63,814 nucleotides of DNA, filler included, from Licmophora abbreviata (GCA_900291995.1; 16 parts of 16 records of this genome joined end to end with filler, not necessarily neighbours in it); one strand, 5' to 3'; positions 46,079-59,157 are shown, counted from the first letter of the whole stretch. Numbers and translations are program-made. Notes: generated by a model not told the origin, from the letters alone.

Positions 46079-46605
46079 TTTGTCGGAGGTTACGAGGGCA
46101 GCTTTCCTGTTGGAGATTTTCGTTAGAATTGCTGCTGGTGGATTCGATGTCGGCGGCTTTGTTAGGGGGCGTGTCGGAGGCCATGTGGGATTGTCGAGGG
46201 TTGATTCGAGTAAGCGTGGCCTTCCCACAAGTGCAACGGGAAGTCTTGGTCGGTGCTGCTGAGGATGGCAATGAAGTGATTCTTGAATGTGAAAATCGCA
46301 CGCTCGGCGGCGTTTCGGCAGTGTGTGCTGGCTGGTGTGAGTTGGAAATCGATGTCGGCATCGGTCAAGAATTGCTTGAGGAGCTGGGACGCTTCATTAT
46401 CGAGTCGTTGCAGTTTGGGACGAAGGCCTCGAGCACACAGGCCGGTATGGAGCTGAGTGTACGCGCCGGATCATATCTTGGGCCGATGAGCTGGCGATGG
46501 GTTCGGCCAGATTTGTTACGTTACTATCGAAATCGTACAAGACCATGAGATACTTGTACCCAATGGAAAAGGAGTCAGGAACTGGCCGGGTTGGCCGGTT
46601 TAGAC
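46079..46605 (-). mobile_element. Degenerate Ty1/Copia (CoDi-type) retrotransposon integrase fragment
   Basis: KYLMVLYDFDSN..AEP, GLRPKLQRLDNEAS, IDFQL..RNAAERAIFTFKNHFIA..FPLHLW. Frameshifted. Confidence 0.88.
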
Positions 46606-46614
46606 TTAGCCCGA

Positions 46615-46975
46615 AATGGCGTGGCAGGCAGCATCCATGCTCATCCAGTGGTATCAGGAATGCAACTGACTATGTCACGACTCCAATGATTCGCCCTTGG
46701 CCCATACCTCCAGATGTGAAGTTGGAACGTGGAGGAGCGCCTGTTACCAATACTGGCTAGGGACGAACGCGCCAGAAGCATTGAGTTCATGATGGTCTCT
46801 CCAAGTGGAGCTAGCGACAGGCAACGGCTCTGTATGACTTGAATCTATTGTCAACGCTACCATTGACTAACACAATCACTGACGACAACCACAGAAATAT
46901 GACCCATGGATAGAGCAGGCCTAAGCAGTCTTGCGTGTCATGCAAGAACGGAAAAGCCAAGACAACGTTCCCTGA
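46615..46975 (+). pseudogene. Decayed copy of the ATP-grasp gene 3' half
   Basis: Collinear with ~44085-44450 (ccttggcccatacctccagatgtgaagt, gagttcatgatgg) but with indels and stops. Confidence 0.85.
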
Positions 46976-47020
46976 TTCCCCCTACGAGTATTTGTACCAC
47001 CAACGAGTCAACCGTGAGAA

Positions 47021-47388
47021 CTACCAGGTTCGCTCGAATATCCCCGGACACGAAGGAGAGTATTCTCCACCCTGTTGATCAATGGTAAAGAGATGTTTCC
47101 CAGTGTCGATGTCTTTGACAACCGACACGATCAACGGAGGAGCGCTCCCGCCGTCGTCTGCGACACAGAACAGCACTTTGCGTGAGACGAGAGCAACCGC
47201 TAAACATGTTTTACTCTTGCGAAACGGCACATACCCNNNNNNNNNNNNNNNNNNNNNNNNNNNNNNNNNNNNNNNNNNNNTTAATTAATTAANNNNNNNN
47301 NNNNNNNNNNNNNNNNNNNNNNNNNNNNNNNNNNNNTGCTGCAGGCCCACGCCACAGCGAAGACTATTCTGAAAGTGACAGGCTTCAT
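47021..47388 (-). CDS. Metallophosphoesterase paralog D (last exon 47021-~47160; probable signal-peptide start at 47388; middle in gap)
   Basis: Last exon nearly identical to copy C. MKPVTFRIVFAVAWACS lies on the other side of the gap. Confidence 0.65.
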
Positions 47389-47779
47389 GTGTTACCCTCG
47401 AAACCACGTCAAACAAAGTACGACCCAACTTGAGAATGAGAGATCACAACTTCAAAGGAGGCCCGAGAGCAACCATTGTTGGCGAGCTCGGAATACTCTT
47501 TTCCTGCGCTGGTCACATTTGGTCATGCGTTGAGTCGAGTTGTCATGTGTGAGGTGCGCGATCTGGTCCGTTGGAGCACCTTGCATTAGCTCTTCACATG
47601 ACGACGATGCACAAGTAATGCAGCCAACGAACTTTCAACCTTTGTGTCATAGTTTAGATCTATCGATCTCGATCTTTCTAAAGACCTTGAGAACAGCATC
47701 ATATCATGGTGTGCATCAGTTCATCAGTCGTCAAAGAGTTTGCTAGAGCGTCGCCATCAGTTATAAAGAGAGTATCACA

Positions 47780-49389
47780 TCACCATGTCTGCTCCGCAAT
47801 CCCTGGGCATGCGCCATCGTATTTCCCCCCTTGAGCGTCAATACGAAACCGATACGTGTCATCTGCTGTGCGCTTTTCCACCGAGATGAGCAAGGGCGGA
47901 GCTTGCCCTCCGTCCTCTAAAGCGGTCCGATCGCGATGAAAGCTAGTGAGACACAAGGCCCAATAGAAAAAGTCCGCATCTGTCTACTGGGAAAAGGCAC
48001 TTACCAAGCGTCACAACCACAAGATTCGGCAGTCGTTTTAGCTCAGGGTAGTCTACGCACGACGTATGTCTGTCGCCGTGGATGAACATGACCGGTAGGT
48101 TCGTGTAAGTCTTTTTCATCAAGTTCAAAAATTTCTTTCCAAAGAGGCTTCGTGCTTCATTCTCAAAGTCAGCGTGCGACAAGATGACCGCCGCCACCTT
48201 GTCAGGGTAGCTCGCCAGTTGATCTCTGACCCAAACAAAGTTCTGGCGTAGCAACTTTTTCCAGTCTGGTTCCGTCCCGTAGCTCCCGCCACCCACCATG
48301 TTGATACCAATCACAACGACATTTCCCATCAAGAAGGAAAAGTTCTCGTCACGGCTGCGGCGATCGGCACCAGAGAATATCTTTTTGGACGACTGGCGAT
48401 TGACAGTGATCCCAGTCCCAGCAAGCGTGCCGAAGCCGTTTACATTGTCCGCGCCAAATTGGGTCTTCCAACGGTCGTAGTAGAGAGTGTTGGGCATGTC
48501 GGATGGACTGGTACAGTCGACCTGATGCCATGAAATTGATTGTTTTCGTACCAAGGTGAGTATGAACCATCAACACCGGCTGTCAATTGCACGCATGTTT
48601 AAAAATCACTCACCCACTCGTTATCACCGACTGTCCAAAACAGTTGGGATGCTTGATAGCTCGCAGAGTTGCTTTCATCGAGGAACATAGATGCAATTTC
48701 AGTATAACTCGCTTCGGTACAGGGATCCGATCCGGGTTTGATATCTCCCACATGTGCAATAAAGTTAAGGTCATTCGGAATGTCTCGCAACTGACTATTC
48801 AAACAATATCGTTCTGAGAGTGAGTATGGAACATCTCCCAGAGCCGCAAACTCTAGGACTGTTTCAACATCGTCGCAAGGGTCGAACGTCTTCAAGTTTT
48901 CAATGGCACAGCCCTCGACCTCCTGTGGTGCTGTCGGTATACACGCAGGAGATTCTAGACACGAGTTGCGGATCGTCCTTGGTCTGCATACTCCTTGGAT
49001 GCAATCTGAGTTTTCCTTACAGAGAGCACGACTGTTGATGCTTTTGAAGTTGCACATGCCTGTACGAATGTGAGGAAGCGAGGTGTGAGCGTATTGAGGA
49101 GTGGCGTCATGCGCAGCCGGTCGGTTCGAATAGCCAAAGCACAGCAAAATGCACTTGCTACGTTTGAAAAATTCGACTTACCCCCACAATCTTCATCTAC
49201 CGAACAGCTTTCGCCTGGCCTCCCACTCAGTGTTCCGCAGACCTTGCTCTGGGCACAATCCCCGCAATCCTGAGGACACGTCGAACACGCCTCCACTGGA
49301 AATCGACAGTTGCCATCGTCGCAGACGATCTGGGCTGCAATCGACGGGACCAGCACTCCTACTAGCACCAGCAGAGATTGAATTTGCAT
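47780..49389 (-). CDS. Secreted calcineurin-like metallophosphoesterase A with Cys-rich N-terminal modules (4 exons)
   Basis: Signal MQIQSLLVLVGVLVPSIAA, CDDGNC..EACSTCPQDCG, LGDVPY, HVGDIK, GDNEW, SHA, HGDRH. Three GT-AG introns. Confidence 0.87.
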
Positions 49390-50033
49390 CTTTCCTTGAG
49401 CAGGACCGTAACCAGGGCGGCCGAACTTCACTATTCTAAAGATACTAACGTGGGAGAAGGTTACGTTTCGAAAGTTGGAAGCGGCTTCATGAGCTTGACT
49501 CGACCTGTGCGTTCAACGGCAACGCTTCATAGGCGGCTGAGTTTCCCGTGTTTGTGTCTTCGACAGATTTAGCCAATAACAACCCAGTTCTGAGGCTGAC
49601 TATCACACAAACAAGCCGACACGCAAATTTATGTTGTCGGAAAGCCTGTATACTAATAATGACATATGATATGCGCTACCGTTATTTTGGGTCGTTCCAA
49701 ACTGTACGAATATCCAATGCCTGCCGGCACATAGACCCGATAGCCTTGTGCTTATCGAGCATCCCTAGACCGAGACTCGCTTCTCGTAAGCTTTCTCCAG
49801 AGAGCTTTAAGAGGAAAACCTAAAAGAATCGAACTCTTTTGCTATCGAGCGGCTTGGATATAGTTCTTCGTATGACGAAAGAGCCTAATCGTCTGACGAT
49901 CATATATAGCAATAGTATGCGCAACTTTCATCTGTGATATAGTACTACAAGCATCGCTAGAGAGCTTTGACGCAGTAGAGACGCATCCTTCACTGAATCA
50001 TTCCGAGGCGCACCCCTAGCCAACTTCATGAAA

Positions 50034-51713
50034 TCACCATGTCTGCTCTGCTATCCCTGGACAGTCGCCATCGTATTTCCCGCCTTGATCGTCGATACGG
50101 AAGCGAAACGTATTGTCTATTGGTCTCCTCTCCAGAGACACAATCAACGGAGGTGCCTGGTGTCCATCGTCTAGAGTGAAAATGTGGAGCCACGCGGTGT
50201 GTGAGATTACACGCGAGCACAAAATTCATGTTTGCGGCATCAACCAGCACGTACCAAGTGTCACAACGGCGAGATTCGGAGCATCGGTACTCGGATAGTT
50301 CACACAAAAGGAATGAGTGTCGCCGTGAACAAACAGGACTGGAAGATCTGCGTACGTAGTGCTCATCAGGTTGAGAAACTGATCCCCAAAAAAGACGCGG
50401 TCCTCGTCCTCAAAATCAGCATGCGCCAAAATTACGGCTGCCCTCATAAAGTCCCGATAGTTGGAGAGCTGCAATGCGATCCAGTCATAATTCTGCTGCA
50501 ACAATAGTTCCCACTCTTCCGTTGTCCCATAACTACCCCCACCGACCATGTTGATACCGATTACCACAACATTATTCATCATGAAGGAAAAGTTCTCGTC
50601 GCGGCTGCGTTTGTCCTCGGGCGTGTCCGAAAAGATGTATTCGTGGAAATGTCGGTGCACCGCGTGTCCCGTCCCATCGAGCGTTCCAAAGCCATTGACA
50701 TTATTCGCTCCAAACTGTGTCTTCCAACGATTGTAATAGAGAGTATTAGGCATATCGGACGGACTCGTACAGTCGACCTAAAGAAGAAGCATTCATGTGT
50801 AAGAACAGTCCGAGTTGTGCTGTATGGAACATTGAATCGTAGAAGCAAGAGAGCCATTTGCGAGTCAGCTTACCCATTCGTTGTCTCCCAGAATCCAAAG
50901 CACTTGGGATGCTCCATAATTCACTGCATTGCGTTCATTTAGAAAAATGGACGCAATATCCGTATAGCTCGCTTCCGTACACGGATCCGATCCAAACTTG
51001 ATATCCCCCAAGTGTACCATAAAGTCAATCGAAGCCGGAATCTCTTCTCGCAACTGTCGGTTCAAACAGTATCGTTCTTCGAGCGCGTAGGGAGTATCTG
51101 CCATGACAGCAAACTGAAGGACCGTCTCGAGAGGTTCTTCCAGGAGAAAGGTATTCAAGTTTTCTATACTGCAGAGTGGAATAGAAGGTGCGGCACAGGC
51201 TCCGCGTAGTATGCCGCACCATCCAAAGAGACAATCGCGATTGTTGGTGCAGGGAGCGTCTCGATTGACGCTCGGGAAGCGACACGTTCCTTTCCAATTA
51301 GTAGTATAAAAAGAGAAGGATGCATGTGTGTGTCAGGTAGTGTATATAGCAGGAGGATTGCATCAAATCACTCGTTGTGAAAGCACTCTTAGTGTATTGT
51401 ACGTACCACCACAGTCTGCATCGACGACACAATTTTGATCCCTTCGTCCACTGTCTTGTGCACAGACTTTATCCACATCACATGCCCCACAGTCCTCTGG
51501 ACAGTCCGAACAGGCTTCTCTGAGACGCTCGCAAGTTCCATCTCCGTCGCAGGTAGGAAAGATTTGTAAATTTCGCAACAGTGATGTTGACCATGGCTCA
51601 TCGTCTGCGGCGTGGACAAGAAGAGCCGATGACAATACTACGAGTAGTAACGTGAGCAACAGAAAACGTTCATTGAGATTGCAAGTAGCAAGGGGGGATG
51701 AGGGAGACATCAT
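50034..51713 (-). CDS. Secreted calcineurin-like metallophosphoesterase B (4 exons)
   Basis: MADTPY, HLGDIK, GDNEW, AHA, HGDTH. Introns 51406-51290, 50873-50778 and 50254-50171 sit at the same positions as in copy A. Confidence 0.87.
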
Positions 51714-52015
51714 GTTCTTAAATAGATGGATCCAGGAGAGTGTTAGACTGCAGCAAGCATCACTTGCTTCTTGTTGCATCCCAACATCACGTTTCCGACC
51801 ATTCCGTCCCCCTCGCAACGGTCCACGCGTGACATGTCAGTGCCGAGTATCGCATGGAGTGTACAGANNNNNNNNNNNNNNNNNNNNNNNNNNNNNNNNN
51901 NNNNNNNNNNNTTAATTAATTAANNNNNNNNNNNNNNNNNNNNNNNNNNNNNNNNNNNNNNNNNNNNGTTTCCCATTGCCGTTTGGAGCCGCGTTCCTGT
52001 TGTGAGCTGTCGACC

Positions 52016-52795
52016 ATGAATGTGACCAAGACACACAGCAATTCTTATTCAGCAAGCATGGATCTGTCGTACGTGTTCTCTTCTTGGGCTACGGTGGCGA
52101 CTCTATCGATTCTAAGCGTCGTTTCCTTACAAGTCTTCCTCGGTCGCAAGAACGACGAAAACAAGAATCAGCGCAGCACTCGCACTACTGCATCAGCAAC
52201 ACAGTCTTCCTTGGAAACACGTCGCCGCATCCAACACGCCGTGACAGGACAAGTCTTGGTGGCCATTTCTCACATCCTTCCGCCCCTCCATTGCAAACTC
52301 TCTCTCCTCACTGCCATTCTCTGCATCGTCTACCTCCGCCTCGTCCACGATCACATCTACCGACAACTCTTTGGAAACTTGCTGCGTCCCAACGAATTGC
52401 ACTATGGCGTCCTGCCGGGGGCACTGTGGTTTCTAGTAGGAACACTCTTTACCCTCCTACTCTTTGATATCGATACGGCACGCTACAGTGTACTGTGTTT
52501 GACCTATGCCGATCCCATGGCAGCATGGGTCGGGACGACACTACCCAGTTTGCAATTGGTAGGAGGTACTACTACTCTCGCTGGCTCACTGGCCTGTTTT
52601 CTAGTGGCATGCATCGTCGGGTATCTTTCCTTGACAGTGGACGTGTCGGATAGTGGTAGTAGTACGGTTGTTATTTTGGTGGGAGCGATCGTGTGTACCA
52701 TTGCCGAAGGACTGCCGTCTTCTGTGGTCAATGACAACTTGCTCATTCCGGTAGTGACGGCGGCAGCCGTCACGTGGGTGAGGCGCATGGCATGA
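52016..52795 (+). CDS. CTP-dependent polyprenol/diacylglycerol kinase family (phytol/farnesol/dolichol kinase, DGK1-like)
   Basis: RRRIQH, LRPNE, YADPMAAWVG, TTLAGSLACF, NDNLLIP. Multi-TM. Start at 52016 or 52058. Confidence 0.82.
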   Translation: MNVTKTHSNSYSASMDLSYVFSSWATVATLSILSVVSLQVFLGRKNDENKNQRSTRTTASATQSSLETRRRIQHAVTGQVLVAISHILPPLHCKLSLLTAILCIVYLRLVHDHIYRQLFGNLLRPNELHYGVLPGALWFLVGTLFTLLLFDIDTARYSVLCLTYADPMAAWVGTTLPSLQLVGGTTTLAGSLACFLVACIVGYLSLTVDVSDSGSSTVVILVGAIVCTIAEGLPSSVVNDNLLIPVVTAAAVTWVRRMA

Positions 52796-53870
52796 TGGAG
52801 TGGAAAATGCTCTTTTCTAACAATGACTCTTGACCTCTTGTGCGCATCTTGTTATGAGATCTATGAGATTTACACAGCCTTGTCGTCGTGCAAAGTGTCT
52901 GTTCTTGGGGATGGCAGGATGTCGAATCGTCTGCCGTTCTTCTTTTTCGAGACAGACAGACAGGCGGGTGGGTGGGTGAGTGGGTATCAGATGATGATAC
53001 TTGGGCTGCGCGCGCATCGGAGACGAGCATGACATGTGTATCCTCTACATCCTATGCTGTGGTGGCTGGTGGTGGCGTTGGCTGTGATGGTCAGTCCCCT
53101 TGGATGCAATGAATGGACCGACACGCGTGGTACAAGCTGAAAGGATAAGACTTGGCATGGTGCCGCTTCAGACCGATTCACCGACCGATTAACGGACTGT
53201 CGTGCAGCATTGGGCAAGGAGTTCGTTCTACAGAATGAATAGTGTACTAATACTATCGGCGGTAGGTAGAGAGGGTCTAAAACTACAAGCAAACGCAGGC
53301 TGCACCACGACAACAAATTATCTAGCTGCAGTAGGCTGCAGTTGTCCTTCTACCTTCAGGTCTAGTGTCGTCTCTATCACATACAAGATACATAATACTA
53401 CCGGTGGCAGAGACTGTATCATGGATCGAGGTTCGCTGACATTGCTATCGCACCTCTTTCCTGTAAGCAGAAAAGCGCGCAGAAGGTGTTTTGTCAGTTG
53501 CAACGTGTGACATGCCATCAGTGTTCCTCGGGCTGAACTTCCGTGCGATCCAAGGAAGTTTAGGTAACTCCTAGCGCAACGATATTTCAGTCTGAACCGA
53601 ATAANNNNNNNNNNNNNNNNNNNNNNNNNNNNNNNNNNNNNNNNNNNNTTAATTAATTAANNNNNNNNNNNNNNNNNNNNNNNNNNNNNNNNNNNNNNNN
53701 NNNNCTTCACTTTTCTGGCCAGCTGCATGTTTAATGTGAGAGATTCCCGATTCAAACGAAAGCCACGTTCAACGTGGTGTATCCGCTGGCAGTACCGGTA
53801 ATCCTCACATTGCAAAGCACCTCGCCCAGTCTCTCTCCTCTGTCTGAAACGTCAGACCCCCGCTCCAATC

Positions 53871-55349
53871 ATGCATCCTGTTGAAAAAGGCACCATCGAC
53901 TTCGTCAAGCCTTCCGAGGCCAAGCGCCAGTTCATCAGCCAACAATCCGTCAAGATGCCCCGCAAGAAGGATCTTCGGGGTGCTTCACAGGACTACGCCC
54001 GCAAACAGACGGCCTCCACCTTTACGGGAAGCTCCATCGAAGACAAGACGGACGATATCCCCAAGTTCATGAAGACGGAAATCACGCTGGGCAAGGTCCT
54101 TGGCAAGGGCGGCTTCGGAACGGTCTACGAGTGCAAGAAATTCGATGCGGCGGGCACGGGTGGCCAAAAGAGTAGTCATCATCACACGAAAGACGAAGAC
54201 GACGAAGTCGGCTTTGGAGAGAAAGAGAGTCGGATGTTCATTGCACAGCATTGTCTTCGCAACGGCGGCGATTGTCGGTATGCCATCAAGTCTCTGAGTC
54301 CCGAAATCATTGACGATGCGGCGCTCTTTCTCCAAGGAATCATGGATATGGCCGTCGAAACCCGGGTGCTTTCTTTCTTTGAGCATCCCAACATTGTCAA
54401 GCTTCGTGCCATTGCCACCTGCGATCCTTTTCAGCCCGAATACTTTATCGTCATGGATCGTCTCTACGATACCTTGGAGAAGCGTCTCCTCAAGTGGGAG
54501 GCCCGTGCCAAGCGTGGAAAGGGGCTAGGCAAATTCATGGATCGCAAAGGCAAGAAGGCTACTGACTTATTGGAGGAGCGCTTGACAGCTTCCTTTGACC
54601 TCAGTGCGGCTTTGGAGTATATGCATGTGAACTCGTAAGTTTGTGTTGTGATTGCGGGGGTGAATATCGTTGTTTGGCTTTTTTTGTGCATCATGCTGAT
54701 CTCAAAACGACCTCCCATTTCTCTTGAAGGATCATCTATCGCGATCTCAAGCCCGAAAACGTTGGCTTTGATATTGTGCGTACGACGTCATTCTGAAAGA
54801 TATACGTGGTGACGCCTGTAGTAGTATAGAATCTCATCCTTTCTTTCTTTCACACAATACTCGTTTTTGCTCTAGCGCGGCGACATTAAGATTTTCGACT
54901 TTGGACTGGCGAAAGAGCTGCGATCGAAAGACAAGGTCGCCGGAGGTCTCTACAAACTCACGGGTTACACGGGATCGCCTCGGTACATGGCTCCAGAAGT
55001 AGCCTTGTCGCAACCTTACAGTTCCGCTTGCGATGTCTACAGTTTCGCAATCTTGCTCTGGGAAATCCTGGCCCTCAAACGTCCCTTTGAACTCTACACG
55101 GCCAAGTCCATGCAAGCCAGGGTGTGGGGCGGCGAACACAAGCGTCCCTTTGTTCAGGAAACGTGGAATGTGCCATTGAAGCTCCTGTTGAAAAAGTGCT
55201 GGGCTCATGAACACCCGGAACGGTACAAGATGAAGAATGTCACCAGGATTCTGCGCGATGAGACCGTGCGGACGCGTGACGGAGACGATTCTGGGTTGGA
55301 ACACCAAAGGCGACGTTCGACCTTTGTGTACCGGCCCAAAAAGAAATGA
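53871..55349 (+). CDS. Ser/Thr protein kinase, TKL-like (3 exons)
   Basis: LGKGGFGTV, YAIK, HPNIV, YRDLKPEN (exon 54730-54775), DFG, GSPRYMAPE, DVYSF. Introns 54635-54729 and 54776-54875. Confidence 0.95.
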
Positions 55350-55907
55350 TGATGATGAGGAGGATGTGTCAATTTATTTTTATCTTTTGCACTTGGATGC
55401 ATGTGTGTGTGAAAGGAGTCAGTCGTTAACAACTAGCTATCCCGACGACAGTATTGGTAATTTCGTGGTGCCGCCGCTGGGGCGACATAGGCCAAAATGC
55501 ATGGATAGTGTATCGGTAGGAAAGTACGCATCGACTAGAGCCTTCATTGTCGACGTTAGCTCAATGTGAGCCTATGATTCCCNNNNNNNNNNNNNNNNNN
55601 NNNNNNNNNNNNNNNNNNNNNNNNNNTTAATTAATTAANNNNNNNNNNNNNNNNNNNNNNNNNNNNNNNNNNNNNNNNNNNNGGTAAACTATGATGCCCC
55701 GCATCACTGTGTCTGTCCAGATAGGCAGTTCGCCACTTGCGAACCCATGCGATGTTTTTATCGCGCTGAACTCTCTGACTGACGCACCAAACTCGGAAGG
55801 CGCCATCAAGAACAACCGTGGGGACAATCGGAAGTCTCGTCTGGCACTTCTGAGCATTGCAATCGTCCAGTTTATGCCTCGATTTCGTCTAGTCCTTACT
55901 TGCATCC

Positions 55908-57835
55908 ATGTTTACCGCCAGTGTCTCTCAAAAGTCTTCTGGCTTAATTTTGAGCCAAATTGTGGCGTCCCAAAATCCCGCCGTCGTGCAGCTACGACAC
56001 CAGTCTCAGGCCGTCTTGTTCAAAGCCACTCGGCGGTCTGAACTAGTGTCGGAGATCTGTCTACAAAGATTCAAAAAGAACTATGCCAGATTATATGCCC
56101 GGCGCATGATGGAGCTGGCAGCAGCGAGTGCCAGCACCATGACGTTGCGCACGCAGCTACAGCAAGCACTGCAGCAGCCTCCGTCGCAGTGGGCTACCTA
56201 CGAACGAAAAGATTGGACGGATACCTTACTGCAGAATCTAGGCCAAACTAGGCTCGAGCGATGGTGGATGGCAGGTGAGTGTTTCAGCTTGGTTTTGTAG
56301 TTTTTGGACTTTTGCTTCATACTGCGTGTCTTGCCGGTACCAGGTGGGATGCATCTCACTTGCGTTTCTCATTGTTTGCCATCATGTTCCACACGGTAGG
56401 TGTCCGACTCTTTTCATTGACAGCGCTTGTTTCCCCCATGGTTGTTCTTGCCCCTCTCTCTCTTATCTCCAAGTCTGTGCACCAGTTTTCATGGGACTAC
56501 TCGTTGTGGGGTATTGAGCAGGCCGGACCTACCTTTATCAAACTCATCCAGTGGGCCACTACACGACAAGACATGTTTAGTCAAGAGTTCTGCGCTCACT
56601 TTGGAAAGCTTCAAGATGAAACGCGGGGACATTCCTGGCGCGAAACACACAAGATATTTCAACAAGAATTTGGTGAGGACTATTCGAAACTATTCTCTCT
56701 GGAACAGAAGCCCATTGGAAGTGGGTGTATTGCGCAAGTGTATCGGGGGAAGCTGTTGAAGCCGACCCCGTATTATCCGACACAGACCGAAATTGCCATT
56801 AAAGTACAGCATCCGTCGATATGGAGAAAAGTATGTGTCGACTTTTATATTATGGGCAAGATTGCTCGATTCTTGGAGGGCATTCCGTTTCTAAATTTGG
56901 AGTATCTCTCCTTGTCGGACACGGTGCAGCAGTTTTGCGATATCATGATCCCCCAACTTGATTTACGAGAAGAGGCTTCTCATCTGAAGCGATTCAATCA
57001 AGACTTTGCGAATGATGATGATGTGAGCTTTCCATCTCCTCTGACGGATCTCACCACTGCCAAGGTGCTGACGGAGACATTTGTGCACGGAACGCCTATT
57101 TTGCAATATACCAAGGCACCGCTTGAAATCCGAAAGCAGCTTTCGAGGTTGGGAATAGAGACGACGTTGAAGATGATTTTTTTGAATGATTTCGTGCATG
57201 GAGATCTGCATCCAGGTAAGGGCACTATCGTTTGATTCTAGATCGGTATCGCATCGAATGTGTTGTTGGGTACCGGTATGCGAGTCGCGTTCACACTGAC
57301 TCCTGGTGCTCATTGGTCTCACCCCGATTCCTTATTACCTTCTCGCCCAGGCAACATTCTCGTAGAAGAGGTAGGTCCAACGAAAAAACTCAAGCTACAT
57401 CTGCTGGACTGTGGATTGGTGATTGAAATGGGGCCGTCGCAGCACGAGAACTTGGTCAAGATCCTCGGAGCCTTTACACGTCGACAGGGACGCACGGCAG
57501 GGCAGCTCATGGTGGACACTTCTGCCAAGAACCAGGGATCGGATATGGATGTGGAATTGTTTGTGGCAGGCATCGAACAGATTTGTATCGACGATGCAGA
57601 TAACAACTTTGTGGAAAAGGTCGGTGACTACATTACTGATATTTGCTTTCTGGCGTGCAAGCACAAGGTCAAACTGGAAGCGGCCTTTATCAATGCGGCG
57701 TTGGCGGTGGAAATTACGGAAGGCATTGCAACTGCACTGTACAAGGACATTCATGTTCAGCCCATGGCTCTGCCCATTATCGTCAAGGCGGAAATGATGC
57801 ATCGATTGGGGTCGCTCAAGATGCCCTCGTTGTAG
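55908..57835 (+). CDS. ABC1/UbiB atypical kinase (ADCK2-like), 3 exons
   Basis: GPTFIKLIQWATTR, PIGSGCIAQVY, AIKVQHP, HGDLHP|GN, LLDCG. Introns 56275-56399 and 57216-57350. Confidence 0.93.
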
Positions 57836-58128
57836 AAAGAAGGTGTGGAGCGGTACGTTCGGAGTGGGTCCTCATTAGCGGTGAGTGTTCTCGGCTACCA
57901 GCAACTGCGGCAATAGTGACGCGGCGCAGGCAACAGCTTGTTAATAGAATACAATGAGTGTCGCACCCCTTGGACGTTCCGCCCTGGCGAACTAATGTTA
58001 GATTNNNNNNNNNNNNNNNNNNNNNNNNNNNNNNNNNNNNNNNNNNNNTTAATTAATTAANNNNNNNNNNNNNNNNNNNNNNNNNNNNNNNNNNNNNNNN
58101 NNNNCAGAACATCACATTCATCCCGCTG

Positions 58129-59157
58129 ATGACCATGATGATGACGACGCTGCCACCATACGCTCTAGTACTACATGCAGCTTCACTCATTTGCCTTCTC
58201 CTGACAGCTCGTGTCACCGCCTTGTCTCGTACTCCGGTAGATCGACGCTCGGTCGTCCAAGGAGCTGGCATCGCAGTGGCGTCCTCCGTTTGGAAGACTG
58301 GTGGCCCAGCAGAAGCGGCTGTCCCCGATCCGGTATCCTCACTGACGGTACCGCGCCACAAGGCGGTCGTCGTCTTGGGGGCCAACGGAGGTACAGGACA
58401 AGAATGTGTCAAGGCGCTAACAGGTCGCCCGTGCATAGCGACGAGTCGCAGTGGAACCTTTGAGGGAGAAATCACAGACGCCCTCACGACGGCAGCTGCG
58501 GATGTCACTTCGTACGAGAGCTTGAGCAAGGTGCTGTTGACCCGCGGGATAGGGGCTGTGATTTTTGCTGCCTCTGTGGGCACGAAAGGAGGCGACGCTT
58601 TTGCGGTGGACAGAGACGGTGTTATAAACGCTGCCAAGGCTTGTATTGCGGCAGAAATTCCACGACTCGTCGTCGTCAGCTCTGGTACTGTGACGAGACC
58701 CGACTCTGCCGTTTATAAGCTTCTCAATACGGTAGGCAAGGGGATTATGGAAGCCAAGATTCAAGGTGAGGACACTCTTCGAGAATTATACGCGGCACCG
58801 GATGTGCTCAATAAGAAGCTAGGGTATACGGTCATTCGACCTGGAGGTCTGACGACTGGATCTGGTTCCGGTGCGTCGCAACTCGAACTCAACCAGGGCG
58901 ACACTAAGAGTGGGCGATTGGCTCGCGCAGATGTGGCGTCCTTATGTGTCCAGTGTCTAGACTCGGCAAGTGCTTGGGACACAACGTTCGAGTGCTACGA
59001 AACGCTGACTGCCAAGCCTGTCGAATCGGTTGGTCTTTCCAACCTTCTTCGACTCAGCGACCCAACGCCGGTCGCTTCTGGAAAAGAACGACGAGGGTCG
59101 ACCTGGGCAGAGCTCTTGGATGGTCTTGAGCGAGATCCTGGGCATGAATTGGCATAA
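58129..59157 (+). CDS. Atypical SDR / NAD(P)-binding (Tic62-like) protein with signal peptide and twin-arginine-like motif
   Basis: VLGANGGTG, VDRDGV, YTVIRPGGL, RADVA. Leader LICLLLTARVTAL-SR..DRRSVV..AEA. Confidence 0.85.
   Translation: MTMMMTTLPPYALVLHAASLICLLLTARVTALSRTPVDRRSVVQGAGIAVASSVWKTGGPAEAAVPDPVSSLTVPRHKAVVVLGANGGTGQECVKALTGRPCIATSRSGTFEGEITDALTTAAADVTSYESLSKVLLTRGIGAVIFAASVGTKGGDAFAVDRDGVINAAKACIAAEIPRLVVVSSGTVTRPDSAVYKLLNTVGKGIMEAKIQGEDTLRELYAAPDVLNKKLGYTVIRPGGLTTGSGSGASQLELNQGDTKSGRLARADVASLCVQCLDSASAWDTTFECYETLTAKPVESVGLSNLLRLSDPTPVASGKERRGSTWAELLDGLERDPGHELA

Noticed and set aside
52800..53604. Possible ncRNA or tRNA in long intergenic stretches (also 6350-7300, 19550-20330, 40250-40780)
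   Set aside because: No cloverleaf or known RNA motif recognised by eye; an Infernal/tRNAscan run would be needed to exclude them.
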